The notes under the pieces are model-generated. The model was given only the letters and a program-made list of their open reading frames with translations. It made no database searches and was not told where the DNA came from. From Alphaproteobacteria bacterium (GTDB lineage: Bacteria; Pseudomonadota; Alphaproteobacteria; SP197), in contig OZ219747.1 in NCBI GenBank assembly GCA_964291265.2, positions 2,336,001 through 2,400,000 on the forward strand: a stretch of DNA of 64,000 bases. The letters are read 5' to 3'. Positions 30,768 through 39,294 of this stretch are shown in pieces; positions within the stretch are counted from its first letter, which is position 1, and each line of letters opens with the position of its first letter. Both the position numbers and the translations under genes were made by a program.

Positions 30768-30779
30768 CGCGGTAGGTGT
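30768..30779 (+). repeat. Right junction direct repeat, preceded by hairpin GCACC-ACA-GGTGC
   Basis: Identical to 2082-2093; hairpin at 30756-30768. Confidence 0.9.
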
Positions 30780-31497
30780 GCAGCTCGTCGAGGACCAGAA
30801 ACCGGAGTCCCACAGCATGTTCGCGAATCGCCTTGTCGGTCTCGAGGAACCGCGTCATGACCAGCTCGAGCATGACGTAGTTGGTCAGCAGAATATCGGG
30901 AGGGTTCTTCGCGATCAGCTCGCGCTCCTCCTGGGTTTCCTGTCCTGTATAACGGGCGAAGGTGACCGGCTCGCCGCCTTCGCCGTAACCAAGCCGCAGA
31001 TACTTCTCCAGTTCCTCGCGCTGGCTGTTGCAGAGCGCATTCATCGGATAGACGACGATGGCCGTGATGCCGCGATAGATGTCGTCGGCGCGTTTCCGCC
31101 GCAACACGTCGTCGACGATGGGGATGAAGTAGGCGAGCGACTTGCCCGAGCCCGTGCCGGTGGTCAGGACATAGCTCTCGCCGCGTCCGGCAATTCCGAT
31201 GGCGTCTGTCTGGTGCCGGTGCAGCAGGAGGCGCTCGCCGAACGTGTCATCTGGACGCTTGAGCCGGAAGACTCTCGCGCATTCCGGGTCGAGTGTGCCG
31301 TCAGCGACCAGGTCGTCGATGTATCCGCCCCGCTCGAAGTTAGGATTGAGCTGGATGAGCGGGGTCGGCCAGAAGTGGCCTGCGGCATAGGCTGCATCGA
31401 CTACGCGGGAGATGTCCTCGGCGCGGATCCTGGAGAAGCTTCGGGAAAACCGCTCGTATTCGGCGACGAGCTCTTCCCGGAAGGCGAAGACATCCAT
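30769..31497 (-). pseudogene. N-terminal fragment (243 aa) of the split DEAD/DEAH helicase
   Basis: MDVFAFREEL, HQ motif, TTGTGSGKS, YPMNAL, TNYVMLE, LVLDELHTYR then element sequence. Confidence 0.9.
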
Positions 31498-32528
31498 CAG
31501 CGGCTCCCCGCCGCGGCGGCATTGGCATGCGCCTCGATCACGGCGCACCGCTCCATCAGGGCATCGAACGATTCGGTGTCGTCCAGCAGCATGCCATCGG
31601 CGAGCATCCGGGCGTAGTCATCGGCGAGTACCGCACGCGCGGCGCCGGAGGGGACGAGTTGGAGGTCACCGGAAACCGCGACTTCGTAATCAATCCTCGA
31701 GCCGGTCGCGTCGTTCTCTGTGAAGAACATCGCCTTGTGGCGGGCAACCGACAGGGCGAGGGCGCGATCGGCGAGCGCGTTTGCCGCAATCCCCGCCTCG
31801 TCAAGACGCGCGAGATCGTGCCAATGCCTCGACAGACGCTCGCCGCGCTGCCGCTCCTGGCGGCAGAAGACATGGATGGCGGTCGCTTTCTCCCAGAACG
31901 TGCGCTCCGCCAGCATGACGGCGGGGCTCGCCTCGGGAAACGCAAGGTCCGGCAAATGCGCAGCTGCGTCGCAAACGACCGGATGAATTGTGTGCGGCTC
32001 GCCGGTCGATCGGGCGCCGAACTCGACCATGACCTCGGGGCGCACCAACCCGGTTTCCTCGAACAGTGGCTCGTAGGCGATGTAAAGGCGATCCCCGTCG
32101 ACACGAACTGCTGCGTTGAATCCGGTGCGCGCGAGCCCGGCCTCGACAAGCGGGTGCGCCTGATCCCGAACCCATCCAGTCAGGCGGGGGCGGATCGCCC
32201 TCGTCCAGCGCTTCTCCTGGCTGCGCGTGGGCGGAAGCGCCTCGTCGCCGGCGCCGGAAACCAGGTCGGACGCGAAGGCGCGAATGTCGTAGGTGATGTC
32301 GACATCTTCGGAGAACCGGCGGATCGCCCGCCATGCCTTCGACAGCGAGGTGCCGCCCTTGAAGGTCAGGTGTGGGGCGAATGGGGCCTCGAACAGCACC
32401 GCGAGGGTGGCGACGACCCAAATGTCCTTTTCGAGAAAATGCACCCGGTACTGTCCTCTTTCCTGAGCAACCCTCAGCGCATGGAGGCGGTCGCTGACCG
32501 AAAGGCTCTGGAACAGCGTCTCAGCCAT
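31497..32528 (-). CDS. abiEii: AbiEii/AbiGii nucleotidyltransferase toxin (type IV TA)
   Basis: EKDIWV, FKGGTSLSKA, RRFSEDVDI, ERTFWEK, SRHWHD. Confidence 0.9.
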   Translation of the reverse strand: MAETLFQSLSVSDRLHALRVAQERGQYRVHFLEKDIWVVATLAVLFEAPFAPHLTFKGGTSLSKAWRAIRRFSEDVDITYDIRAFASDLVSGAGDEALPPTRSQEKRWTRAIRPRLTGWVRDQAHPLVEAGLARTGFNAAVRVDGDRLYIAYEPLFEETGLVRPEVMVEFGARSTGEPHTIHPVVCDAAAHLPDLAFPEASPAVMLAERTFWEKATAIHVFCRQERQRGERLSRHWHDLARLDEAGIAANALADRALALSVARHKAMFFTENDATGSRIDYEVAVSGDLQLVPSGAARAVLADDYARMLADGMLLDDTESFDALMERCAVIEAHANAAAAGSR

Positions 32529-33117
32529 GTGCGAGGCGTGCGCTCAGCGGTTCGGCCATCCAGAAGGGCATGACGGCCCTCGCGGCCGCAAGCTCATCCC
32601 GGTCCACCTCGGAGAGCGTCGGCAGAACCACTTCGAGGCCGTCCTCGACCTCCTCGGGGCCGAGCCATGCCAGGGCGCGGATGACCTCGCCGGCCTTGCG
32701 GTGTGGCGCCGCCAGTTGCCAACGCGGCGCGTGGCGCAATTCCACGATGGATGACCCGAAGTGGAGATGTCGGCTGGGACCGGAGGTAAGGTAGACCGCA
32801 CGGACCGGATTCTGCGTGGTCAGGCGCAGGCGATTGGCCGCGGCGCCGCCGCACGGCACGATGGTCTCGCCCCAGAGTGCCGACAGCGCGGCGAGCGCCT
32901 TTCCCGTGCTCGGCGCACACGTTCCGAACCGGGTCTCGACCGGGCGCATGTAGACGCCCTGGCAGATGCGCATGAGACGGCCCGAGCGCGCGAGGCGGGA
33001 CAACGCCTGGTCGACCGCCGCCCGGTGGCCGAGGTGCAACAGGGCGCCCGGACACAGCGGCGTGGCTTCCGGGCGAGCCTTGGCGTACTCCATGATGCGC
33101 TTGGGAAGGCCCCGCAT
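32521..33117 (-). CDS. abiEi: AbiEi-type antitoxin (DUF6088-like)
   Basis: VDQALSRL...RICQGVY, AANRLRLTTQNP; overlaps toxin start. Confidence 0.85.
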   Translation of the reverse strand: MRGLPKRIMEYAKARPEATPLCPGALLHLGHRAAVDQALSRLARSGRLMRICQGVYMRPVETRFGTCAPSTGKALAALSALWGETIVPCGGAAANRLRLTTQNPVRAVYLTSGPSRHLHFGSSIVELRHAPRWQLAAPHRKAGEVIRALAWLGPEEVEDGLEVVLPTLSEVDRDELAAARAVMPFWMAEPLSARLAHG

Positions 33118-33194
33118 CGGTCGATGCCTCCTGTTCGTTTGTCAGAAATCTAGCGGCAATGCTGCCGAATTGCAACGCTGGAAATACAGTTTCC

Positions 33195-33475
33195 GCGAAT
33201 GTCACAGGTGATATCAACGTCTTCGGAGAAGCGGCGGACAGCTCGCCATGCCTTCGACAACGAGGTGCTGCCCTTGAAGGTCAGGTGCCCGGCGAACGGG
33301 GCCTCGAACAGCACTGCGAGGGTGGCGACGACGCAGATGTCCTTCTCGAGCATATGGGCCCGGCATTGTCCTCTTTCCTGAGCGGCCTCAGCGCATGGAG
33401 GCGGTCGCTGGCCGAAAGGCTCTGGAACAGCGTCTCAGCCATGCACGAGACGTGCGCTCAACGGTTCGGCCATCC
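33195..33475 (-). pseudogene. Degenerate partial copy of the abiEi end / abiEii start
   Basis: Aligns by eye to ~32280-32561; frameshifted; GG changed to GS in FKGSTSLSKA. Confidence 0.85.
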
Positions 33476-33700
33476 CGATTGCCGCCTGCATCGTGCCGTG
33501 CTCCTTCGACAGGTGAATGGAACGGGGGCAGCGCCCCCTCCCTCCGCAGCGCCGACCGCCGCCCCTTCACGGCCAGACCTCTCCTCCTGCCGGTGGGAGG
33601 CGCGTGGAGGGAGACGCGGCAGGACGGCCGTGCAACGGACAGGGCCGCGGCGTGAGTTGAAAAGCCACACCGGGCAACATAAAAGGAGGCATGAAGGCGA

Positions 33701-34102
33701 ATGTGCGCGAGGCTCGGATTGCAGACGTTCAAGACCAGAGCGTTCGCCCGTTTCGCCGATCGCGAGGGGCTGGCGGATGCGGCATTGTGCGAGGCCGTCC
33801 GACGCGCCGGGGAGGGGCTGATCGACGCCGACCTCGGCGGCGGCGTCATCAAGCGGCGCATCGCCCGCAAGGGCTGCGGCCGGTCCGGCGGGTTCCGCAC
33901 GATCGTGCTGTTCCGTCGAGGCGAACTGGCGTTCTTCGTGCACGGGTTTGCGAAGAGCGACCGGGATAACATCCGGCGCAAGGAACTTTCGGGGCTGCGA
34001 TCGCTGGCAAATGAGTATCTGGCGCTGGATGCGGCGGGTCTTGCGGCCGCGCAGGCGACTGGATCGATAATCGAGGTGGAATGCGATGACCAGGCAGTAT
34101 GA
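33701..34102 (+). CDS. RelE/ParE-family toxin (type II TA)
   Basis: FKTRAFARFA, DADLGGGVIKRRIAR, SGGFRTI, GFAKSDRDNI; start may be TTG 33719. Confidence 0.9.
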   Translation: MCARLGLQTFKTRAFARFADREGLADAALCEAVRRAGEGLIDADLGGGVIKRRIARKGCGRSGGFRTIVLFRRGELAFFVHGFAKSDRDNIRRKELSGLRSLANEYLALDAAGLAAAQATGSIIEVECDDQAV

Positions 34103-34403
34103 GAGCGAGGTGCTGGCTTCGGTGCACGAGGCGGCGCTCGGCCTGGACGAAGCGGGCCTGATGTCGAAACGCACCATGCGGAAGTTCGACGAGATGTGCC
34201 TCGCGCCCGTCAAGGAGATGACGCCGGAGGACATTCGCGCGCTTCGGCTGCGCGAGCGTGCGAGCCAGGCGGTGTTCGCCCGCTACCTCAACGTGACGAC
34301 GGGTCTTGTGAGCCAGTGGGAACGCGGCGAGAAGCGCCCCCGCGGCACCTCGCTGAAGCTGTTGACGCTGGTGGCGAAGAACGGCCTCGGTGCGGTCGCG
34401 TGA
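34086..34403 (+). CDS. HTH antitoxin (HigA/YiaG-like)
   Basis: [21 protein letters not shown]...[11 protein letters not shown]; toxin-first order. Confidence 0.9.
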   Translation: MTRQYESEVLASVHEAALGLDEAGLMSKRTMRKFDEMCLAPVKEMTPEDIRALRLRERASQAVFARYLNVTTGLVSQWERGEKRPRGTSLKLLTLVAKNGLGAVA

Positions 34404-34479
34404 AAACACGCTCCAAATCGCGGCCCCGCCCAGCGCAATCGGGGCGTGCTCCGATGCGAGTTCGCCGCGGGGTTGCACC

Positions 34480-34587
34480 ATGGGCGCTGAATCGGCAATC
34501 GAGTGGACCGAGGCAACGTGGAATCCGGTGACGGGCTGCACGAAGATCATCCGCGGTTGTGACAGTCAAGGAACGCCGCGAACATGA
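34480..34587 (+). pseudogene. N-terminal stub of phage Gp37/Gp68 (DUF5131) protein
   Basis: [27 protein letters not shown], truncated after ~28 aa. Confidence 0.8.
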
Positions 34588-35171
34588 ACGACGGTTTCCA
34601 GCTGGTACTGGACCACATCCGGCCGGTTGCCGGAACGGAGGCAGAAAGGGGCCGCCTGTTCGAGCGGCTGATGAAGGCGTATTTCGTGCAGGATCCGCTC
34701 TACCGGGACCGATTCGCGCAGGTGCGACTGTGGTCCGAATGGGCTACCTCGCGGCATGACTTCGACGACGCCGACACCGGCATCGACCTGGTCGCCGAGG
34801 AGCGGGACGGCGGCTTCTGCGCCATCCAGTGCAAGTGCCATGCGCCGGGCACACGGATATCGGCGCAGGCTCTCGATTCCTTCATCGCCGCGTCTGCGCG
34901 TGAACCGTTCACGGCGCGAATCTTCGTAGACACCGAGTATCGGGTCAACGGGCGCACCCCGCTCGAATGGCTGATCGATCGCTACCGTATCGTCCGCGAC
35001 CGGCAGAGCGGCATCGTCAATGACCCCAACGGCTGGTTCGACGACCCGCGTGACCTGATACCGGCGCTGCGCCGCATCGTGCAGGTCAGCGTGGAGACCG
35101 TTGCCATCATTGCGGGCCTTCCCTGCCCGTTCGCGGAACTGCGGGAGCAGTCGAACGGAGGGCGACCATGA
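34584..35171 (+). CDS. Type ISP restriction-modification enzyme with large in-frame internal deletion (probable pseudogene)
   Basis: GRLFERL...DTGIDLVA...AIQCK nuclease joined at ~34934 to terminal [16 protein letters not shown]...SGIVNDPN...VSVET. Confidence 0.8.
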   Translation: MNDGFQLVLDHIRPVAGTEAERGRLFERLMKAYFVQDPLYRDRFAQVRLWSEWATSRHDFDDADTGIDLVAEERDGGFCAIQCKCHAPGTRISAQALDSFIAASAREPFTARIFVDTEYRVNGRTPLEWLIDRYRIVRDRQSGIVNDPNGWFDDPRDLIPALRRIVQVSVETVAIIAGLPCPFAELREQSNGGRP

Positions 35172-36610
35172 CGGTCGAGCGGATTGCGCGAATGGTATCG
35201 GCGGGTGAATCCGAGACGCTCGAGTTCAAGACCACGACCGGGACGCGTCGCGAGGCGGTACGAACCGTCTGCGCGATGCTCAATCAGCAGGGCGGCCTGG
35301 TCCTGTTCGGCGTCACGCCGGAAGGGAGCGTGTCGGGCCAGCAGGTGAGCGAGCGCACGATCGAGGAGGTGAGCGCCGAGCTCTCCAGAATAGATCCGCC
35401 CGCTTTTCCGGCGATCGAGCGCATCCCGGTCAAGGAAGGTCTCGAGGTCGTCGCCGTCACTGTCGTGCGCGGGCAGGCCGGACCCTACATGTACCGTGGC
35501 AACGCGTACCGGCGGGTCGGCAACACCACCGTCGAGATGCACACGGGCGAGTATCGCCAAATGCTCTTCGAGCGCATGCACAGCGAGCGGCGCTGGGAGA
35601 ACCAGCCTGCGGAGGGATGGTCGGTCGACGAACTAGACGCCCACGAGATACGCACCACCGTGGAGGAAGCGGTGCGGCGAGGCCGGATCGAAGATCCCGG
35701 CACCCGCGAACCCGGCGACCTGCTTCGCGGCCTCGGACTTTACCGGGACGGAGTATTGTGGCGGGCGGCGGTGGCGCTGTTCGGCCCCGAGGAACGGATC
35801 ACGTTCGACATGCCGCAGTGCCTGCTCCGCGTCGCGCGCTTCCGGGGTATTGACCGCACGAAGTTTGTCGACAATCGTCAATTTCGTGGCAACGCCTTTT
35901 CGCTGCTCAAGGCCGCCGAACGCTTCCTGCGCGACAGCCTGCCCATCGCGGGTCACATCGAGGAGGGCCGCATTGAGCGAATCGACGAGCCGCTGATTCC
36001 TCCACTTGCGACGCGCGAGGCGCTGGCGAACGCGCTTTGCCATCGTGACTATTCTATCGGCGGCGGTTCCGTGGGCGTTGCAATCTACGATGATCGCCTG
36101 GAAGTCACGTCGACCGGGACGCTGCATTTCGGACTGACGCCCGAAAAGCTGTTTGCACCGCACGAATCGATACCCTGGAATCCACTGATCGCCGATGTCT
36201 TCTACCGTCGCGGCATCATTGAGCGCTGGGGACGTGGAACGCTGAAGATGGCGGAAGTGACAACCACAGCCGGTCTGCCGCAGCCCGAAATCGAGGATGC
36301 TGGAGGGTGCGTGACGGTCAGATTTCGCCATCCGTCGGCATCAGTGCATATCGTCGCGAGCGAGCGTGCGGCAGTGGCCGACAAGTCAAGTGTGCAGGTG
36401 CAGAAACTGAGCGAGGTGCAGCGAAGCGTCCTCGATCTTCTGGACCATGCCGACTATCCTCTGGCGCTTCGCGAAATACATGCTCGTTTGACCGGATCTC
36501 CGAGTCTTCGTCAGGTGAAGAGGGTATTGACCCGATTGCGGGAACTGGGATTTGCAACATCGACGGGTCACGGGGTTTCTGCTCGATGGAACCGCGTGCA
36601 AGGACAATAG
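35168..36610 (+). CDS. AlbA_2/Schlafen-like domain + HATPase_c_4 + wHTH protein
   Basis: ESETLEFK, CAMLNQQGGLVLFGV, REALANALCHRDY, NPLIADVF, IERWGRG. Confidence 0.88.
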   Translation: MTVERIARMVSAGESETLEFKTTTGTRREAVRTVCAMLNQQGGLVLFGVTPEGSVSGQQVSERTIEEVSAELSRIDPPAFPAIERIPVKEGLEVVAVTVVRGQAGPYMYRGNAYRRVGNTTVEMHTGEYRQMLFERMHSERRWENQPAEGWSVDELDAHEIRTTVEEAVRRGRIEDPGTREPGDLLRGLGLYRDGVLWRAAVALFGPEERITFDMPQCLLRVARFRGIDRTKFVDNRQFRGNAFSLLKAAERFLRDSLPIAGHIEEGRIERIDEPLIPPLATREALANALCHRDYSIGGGSVGVAIYDDRLEVTSTGTLHFGLTPEKLFAPHESIPWNPLIADVFYRRGIIERWGRGTLKMAEVTTTAGLPQPEIEDAGGCVTVRFRHPSASVHIVASERAAVADKSSVQVQKLSEVQRSVLDLLDHADYPLALREIHARLTGSPSLRQVKRVLTRLRELGFATSTGHGVSARWNRVQGQ

Positions 36611-36869
36611 ACCCATTGGACCGGCCCTATTGGGTCCAATGGGGGGCATTGGAAGACAAGCAGAAGTCCTCACCTCGTGGAGAGACACTTTCGGACATCT
36701 CTGATTGAACAGCTGGAGGCTGGAGGCCAAGCCGCGCAGGATCAACAAACCGACGACACCAAAAACAGCACCCACCGCAACCAACGTCAACACAGACTCA
36801 GACCTGACGAGGTACCTGGGCAGTTACTTCGAATGTACCGGGGTGTTGTGATAGAAAGTCGGCATACAC

Positions 36870-37519
36870 ATGGAACTGCCGACAGATCATCACATGCCTG
36901 CGTATCGCGCCGAATCTCAGAGAGAGACAGCCGTCAGACTTCTTGGCGAGCACGGCATCATGCGGCTGTCGGAGATGAAGGCGGCCGGAGTCCATTATCA
37001 GACACTGACCCGGATGGTTGAAGATGGCTCCGTTCTGCGTGTCGGCCGAGGCCTCTACCAGCTTCACAGCGCCGACTACTCCCTGACCCACAGCCTTGCA
37101 GAGGTGGCCAAGGCCGTGCCAAAGGGGTGATCTGCCTCATCTCGGCTCTCCAGTTCCACGAACTCACGCTTCAGGCCCCGCCCCATGTCTGGGTCGCCAT
37201 CGGGCGCAAGGAGCGCAAACCTCGCATCAGCTATCCACCGGTCCGAGCCATGCGGTTCGGCGAAAGGGCCATGTCGGTTGGCGTCGAACGCCATGTGATC
37301 GACAAGGTCGAAACCCCGATCTTCGATCCGGCCAAGACCATCGTCGACTGCTTTCGCTATCGCAAGGAGATCGGCATCGACATCGCCTTCGAAGGGCTCC
37401 GCAATGGGATCCGCAGACGCAAGGCGCATCCCGACCGGATCGCTGCCTATGCCAGGGATCTGCATATCTGGTCGGTTCTCAAGCCCTATCTTGACGCGGC
37501 GGTGGCCGATGAAAAATAA
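36870..37519 (+). pseudogene. abiEi: Second AbiEi antitoxin, frameshift at ~37124-37127
   Basis: RVGRGLY...AVPKG|VICLISALQFHELT...AKTIVDCFRYR. Confidence 0.85.
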
Positions 37520-37958
37520 GTGCAAGAACGTCGCCCAGTCGGTGCGCGATCGGCTGCGGACGGTTACCGTCCGACTGCGCCTGAACTACAACCTCGTTCT
37601 GACTCGCTACGCGCTCGAACGCTTGCTATATCGCCTGAGCGTGTCGCCTCAACGGAATCGGTTCGCGCTCAAAGGCGCCATGCTGTTCGTCGTCTGGACG
37701 GCGGACATCATTCGCCCGACCCAGGATCTCGACCTGCTTGGTTTCGGCGATTCTGACGTCGATGGGCTACGAGATGCGTTCCGCGACATCATGGGCACGC
37801 CTGTTGCCAACGACGGTGTCGCATTCGACCTTGACTCGGTGCGCGCCGAACCGATCCGGGCGAAGCAACCATACGACGGCGTTCGAGTCAGCGCCCGGTC
37901 ATTCATCGGTACGGCGCGCGTGCCGATTCAGATCGACATCGGTTTTGGCTACGCCGTC
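37509..37958 (+). pseudogene. abiEii: Second AbiEii toxin, 3'-truncated
   Basis: ERLLYRLS, FALKGAML, RPTQDLDL, QIDIGFG; similarity then stops. Confidence 0.85.
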
Positions 37959-38559
37959 AAGGCCCTGGAGGGCCTGGGCAAAGCGGATGGCCTCGTGCAG
38001 CGAGAAGCGCGTGTTCGCGTCGGCGAAGATCATCTCGTCCCGCAGCAGGTCATCACCCGTTCGATGTCGTCGTCGACGGCGCCGCCCCCGACCCTGAGCT
38101 GGAAGTGGCGGTAGCCGTCATCGCGGCAGGCGCGCATCGCAGGGACGCTGTCCGGGGGGGATGTCGGCATCGAACAGCACGGAGCGGCACCGGCTCGGGC
38201 CAGCGGCCACCGGGGAGGTGAGCACAAGGAGCTGCCCGGTCGCCTGGACCATGATGTCCCGGAGCGCGGTGTCGAGGGGCGCCTTCAGGTTGTTGATGGC
38301 TGCGGTCCCACTCGCGGTTGATCTTCTCGACGTGGAAGGGATCGGCGCCGATGAAACCCCGGGCGACGCTCGGGATGCCCGCCAAGCGTTTGCCAAAACG
38401 CGGGCGCATGGTGCGTTCCGATCGGGCAGGTCCCGCGTTGGTGTCGACGGGCCCGACGACGGACGTGTCGACACGTGGTGCGAAGCCGCTGCCTGATCTG
38501 TACCCGCCGGTCCTCGGCGGCGTCGTGACGCCGTGGACGCGCACCCGGGTGATCTTCAT
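37956..38559 (-). pseudogene. Mandelate racemase/enolase-superfamily gene, frameshifted and truncated
   Basis: Fragments MKITRVRV, IGADPF, LKAPLDTALRDI, GYRHFQLRVGG, IFADANTRFSLHEAIRFA in changing frames. Confidence 0.7.
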
Positions 38560-39038
38560 GGTGCTGTTCCTGATCGGGTGTCGATGTCCGGCCGCTCCCA
38601 GCGGGCGGCGGCCTCGTCATCGTGGGCGCGGGCCTCGACCCAGTGGCTGCCGTCCCGGGTTTCCTCGAGTTTCCAGAAGGGCGCCTTCGTCTTCAGCCAG
38701 TCGATCAGGAAGGCGCAGGCCTCGAGGGCGGCGTGGCGATGGGCCGATGCCGTGATCACCAGCACGATCCGGTCCCCGGGTTCGAGGCGGCCGTAGCGGT
38801 GAATGATGAGGCTCGCCTCCAGCGGCCAGCGGCGGCAGGCCTCCTCGTCGATCTCGCGCAGCATCCTCTCGGTCATCCCGGGATAGTGCTCCAGGGTCAT
38901 CGAGAAGGAGCTGCCATCGCCCGCCATGTCTCGCACCACGCCGACGAAGGAGGCGATGGCGCCGAGTGACGTCGAGCGCGAGGAGATGGCCTCGGTCTCG
39001 CGAGCGATGTCGAAGTCCTCCGCCTGGACGCGAATCAC
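38556..39038 (-). CDS. moaE: Molybdopterin synthase catalytic subunit
   Basis: LEHYPGMTE, IIHRYGRL, HRHAA, LKTKAPFWK. Confidence 0.95.
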   Translation of the reverse strand: MIRVQAEDFDIARETEAISSRSTSLGAIASFVGVVRDMAGDGSSFSMTLEHYPGMTERMLREIDEEACRRWPLEASLIIHRYGRLEPGDRIVLVITASAHRHAALEACAFLIDWLKTKAPFWKLEETRDGSHWVEARAHDDEAAARWERPDIDTRSGTAP

Positions 39039-39042
39039 GGGA

Positions 39043-39294
39043 CTAGCCGCCGGTCACCGGAGGAAAGAGAGCCACTTCGTCATCGTCCATGACCGGAGTC
39101 CCGGCATGACCGTAGGCCTGGTTGACGGCGATGCGCACATGACCGGGATGGGCGAGAGCCTCGGCGTAGACGCCGCCGCGCCGTTTCAGCCAGTCGACGA
39201 GACCTCCCGCATCGACAACGTCCCCGGGCAAGGTGACGTCCTCGCCGGCAAGGCCGATGGTCTGCCGGACGGATGCGAAATAGAGAAGCCTCAT
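39043..39294 (-). CDS. moaD: Molybdopterin synthase sulfur carrier
   Basis: LYFA...EVALFPPVTGG. Confidence 0.95.
   Translation of the reverse strand: MRLLYFASVRQTIGLAGEDVTLPGDVVDAGGLVDWLKRRGGVYAEALAHPGHVRIAVNQAYGHAGTPVMDDDEVALFPPVTGG

Larger units (their letters stand above)
2082..30779. mobile_element. Integrative mobilizable element, ~28.7 kb
   Basis: Exact 12-bp terminal direct repeat; removal rejoins the helicase in frame; two integrases at right end, relaxase and RHH genes at left end; no T4SS or coupling protein seen. Confidence 0.9.
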
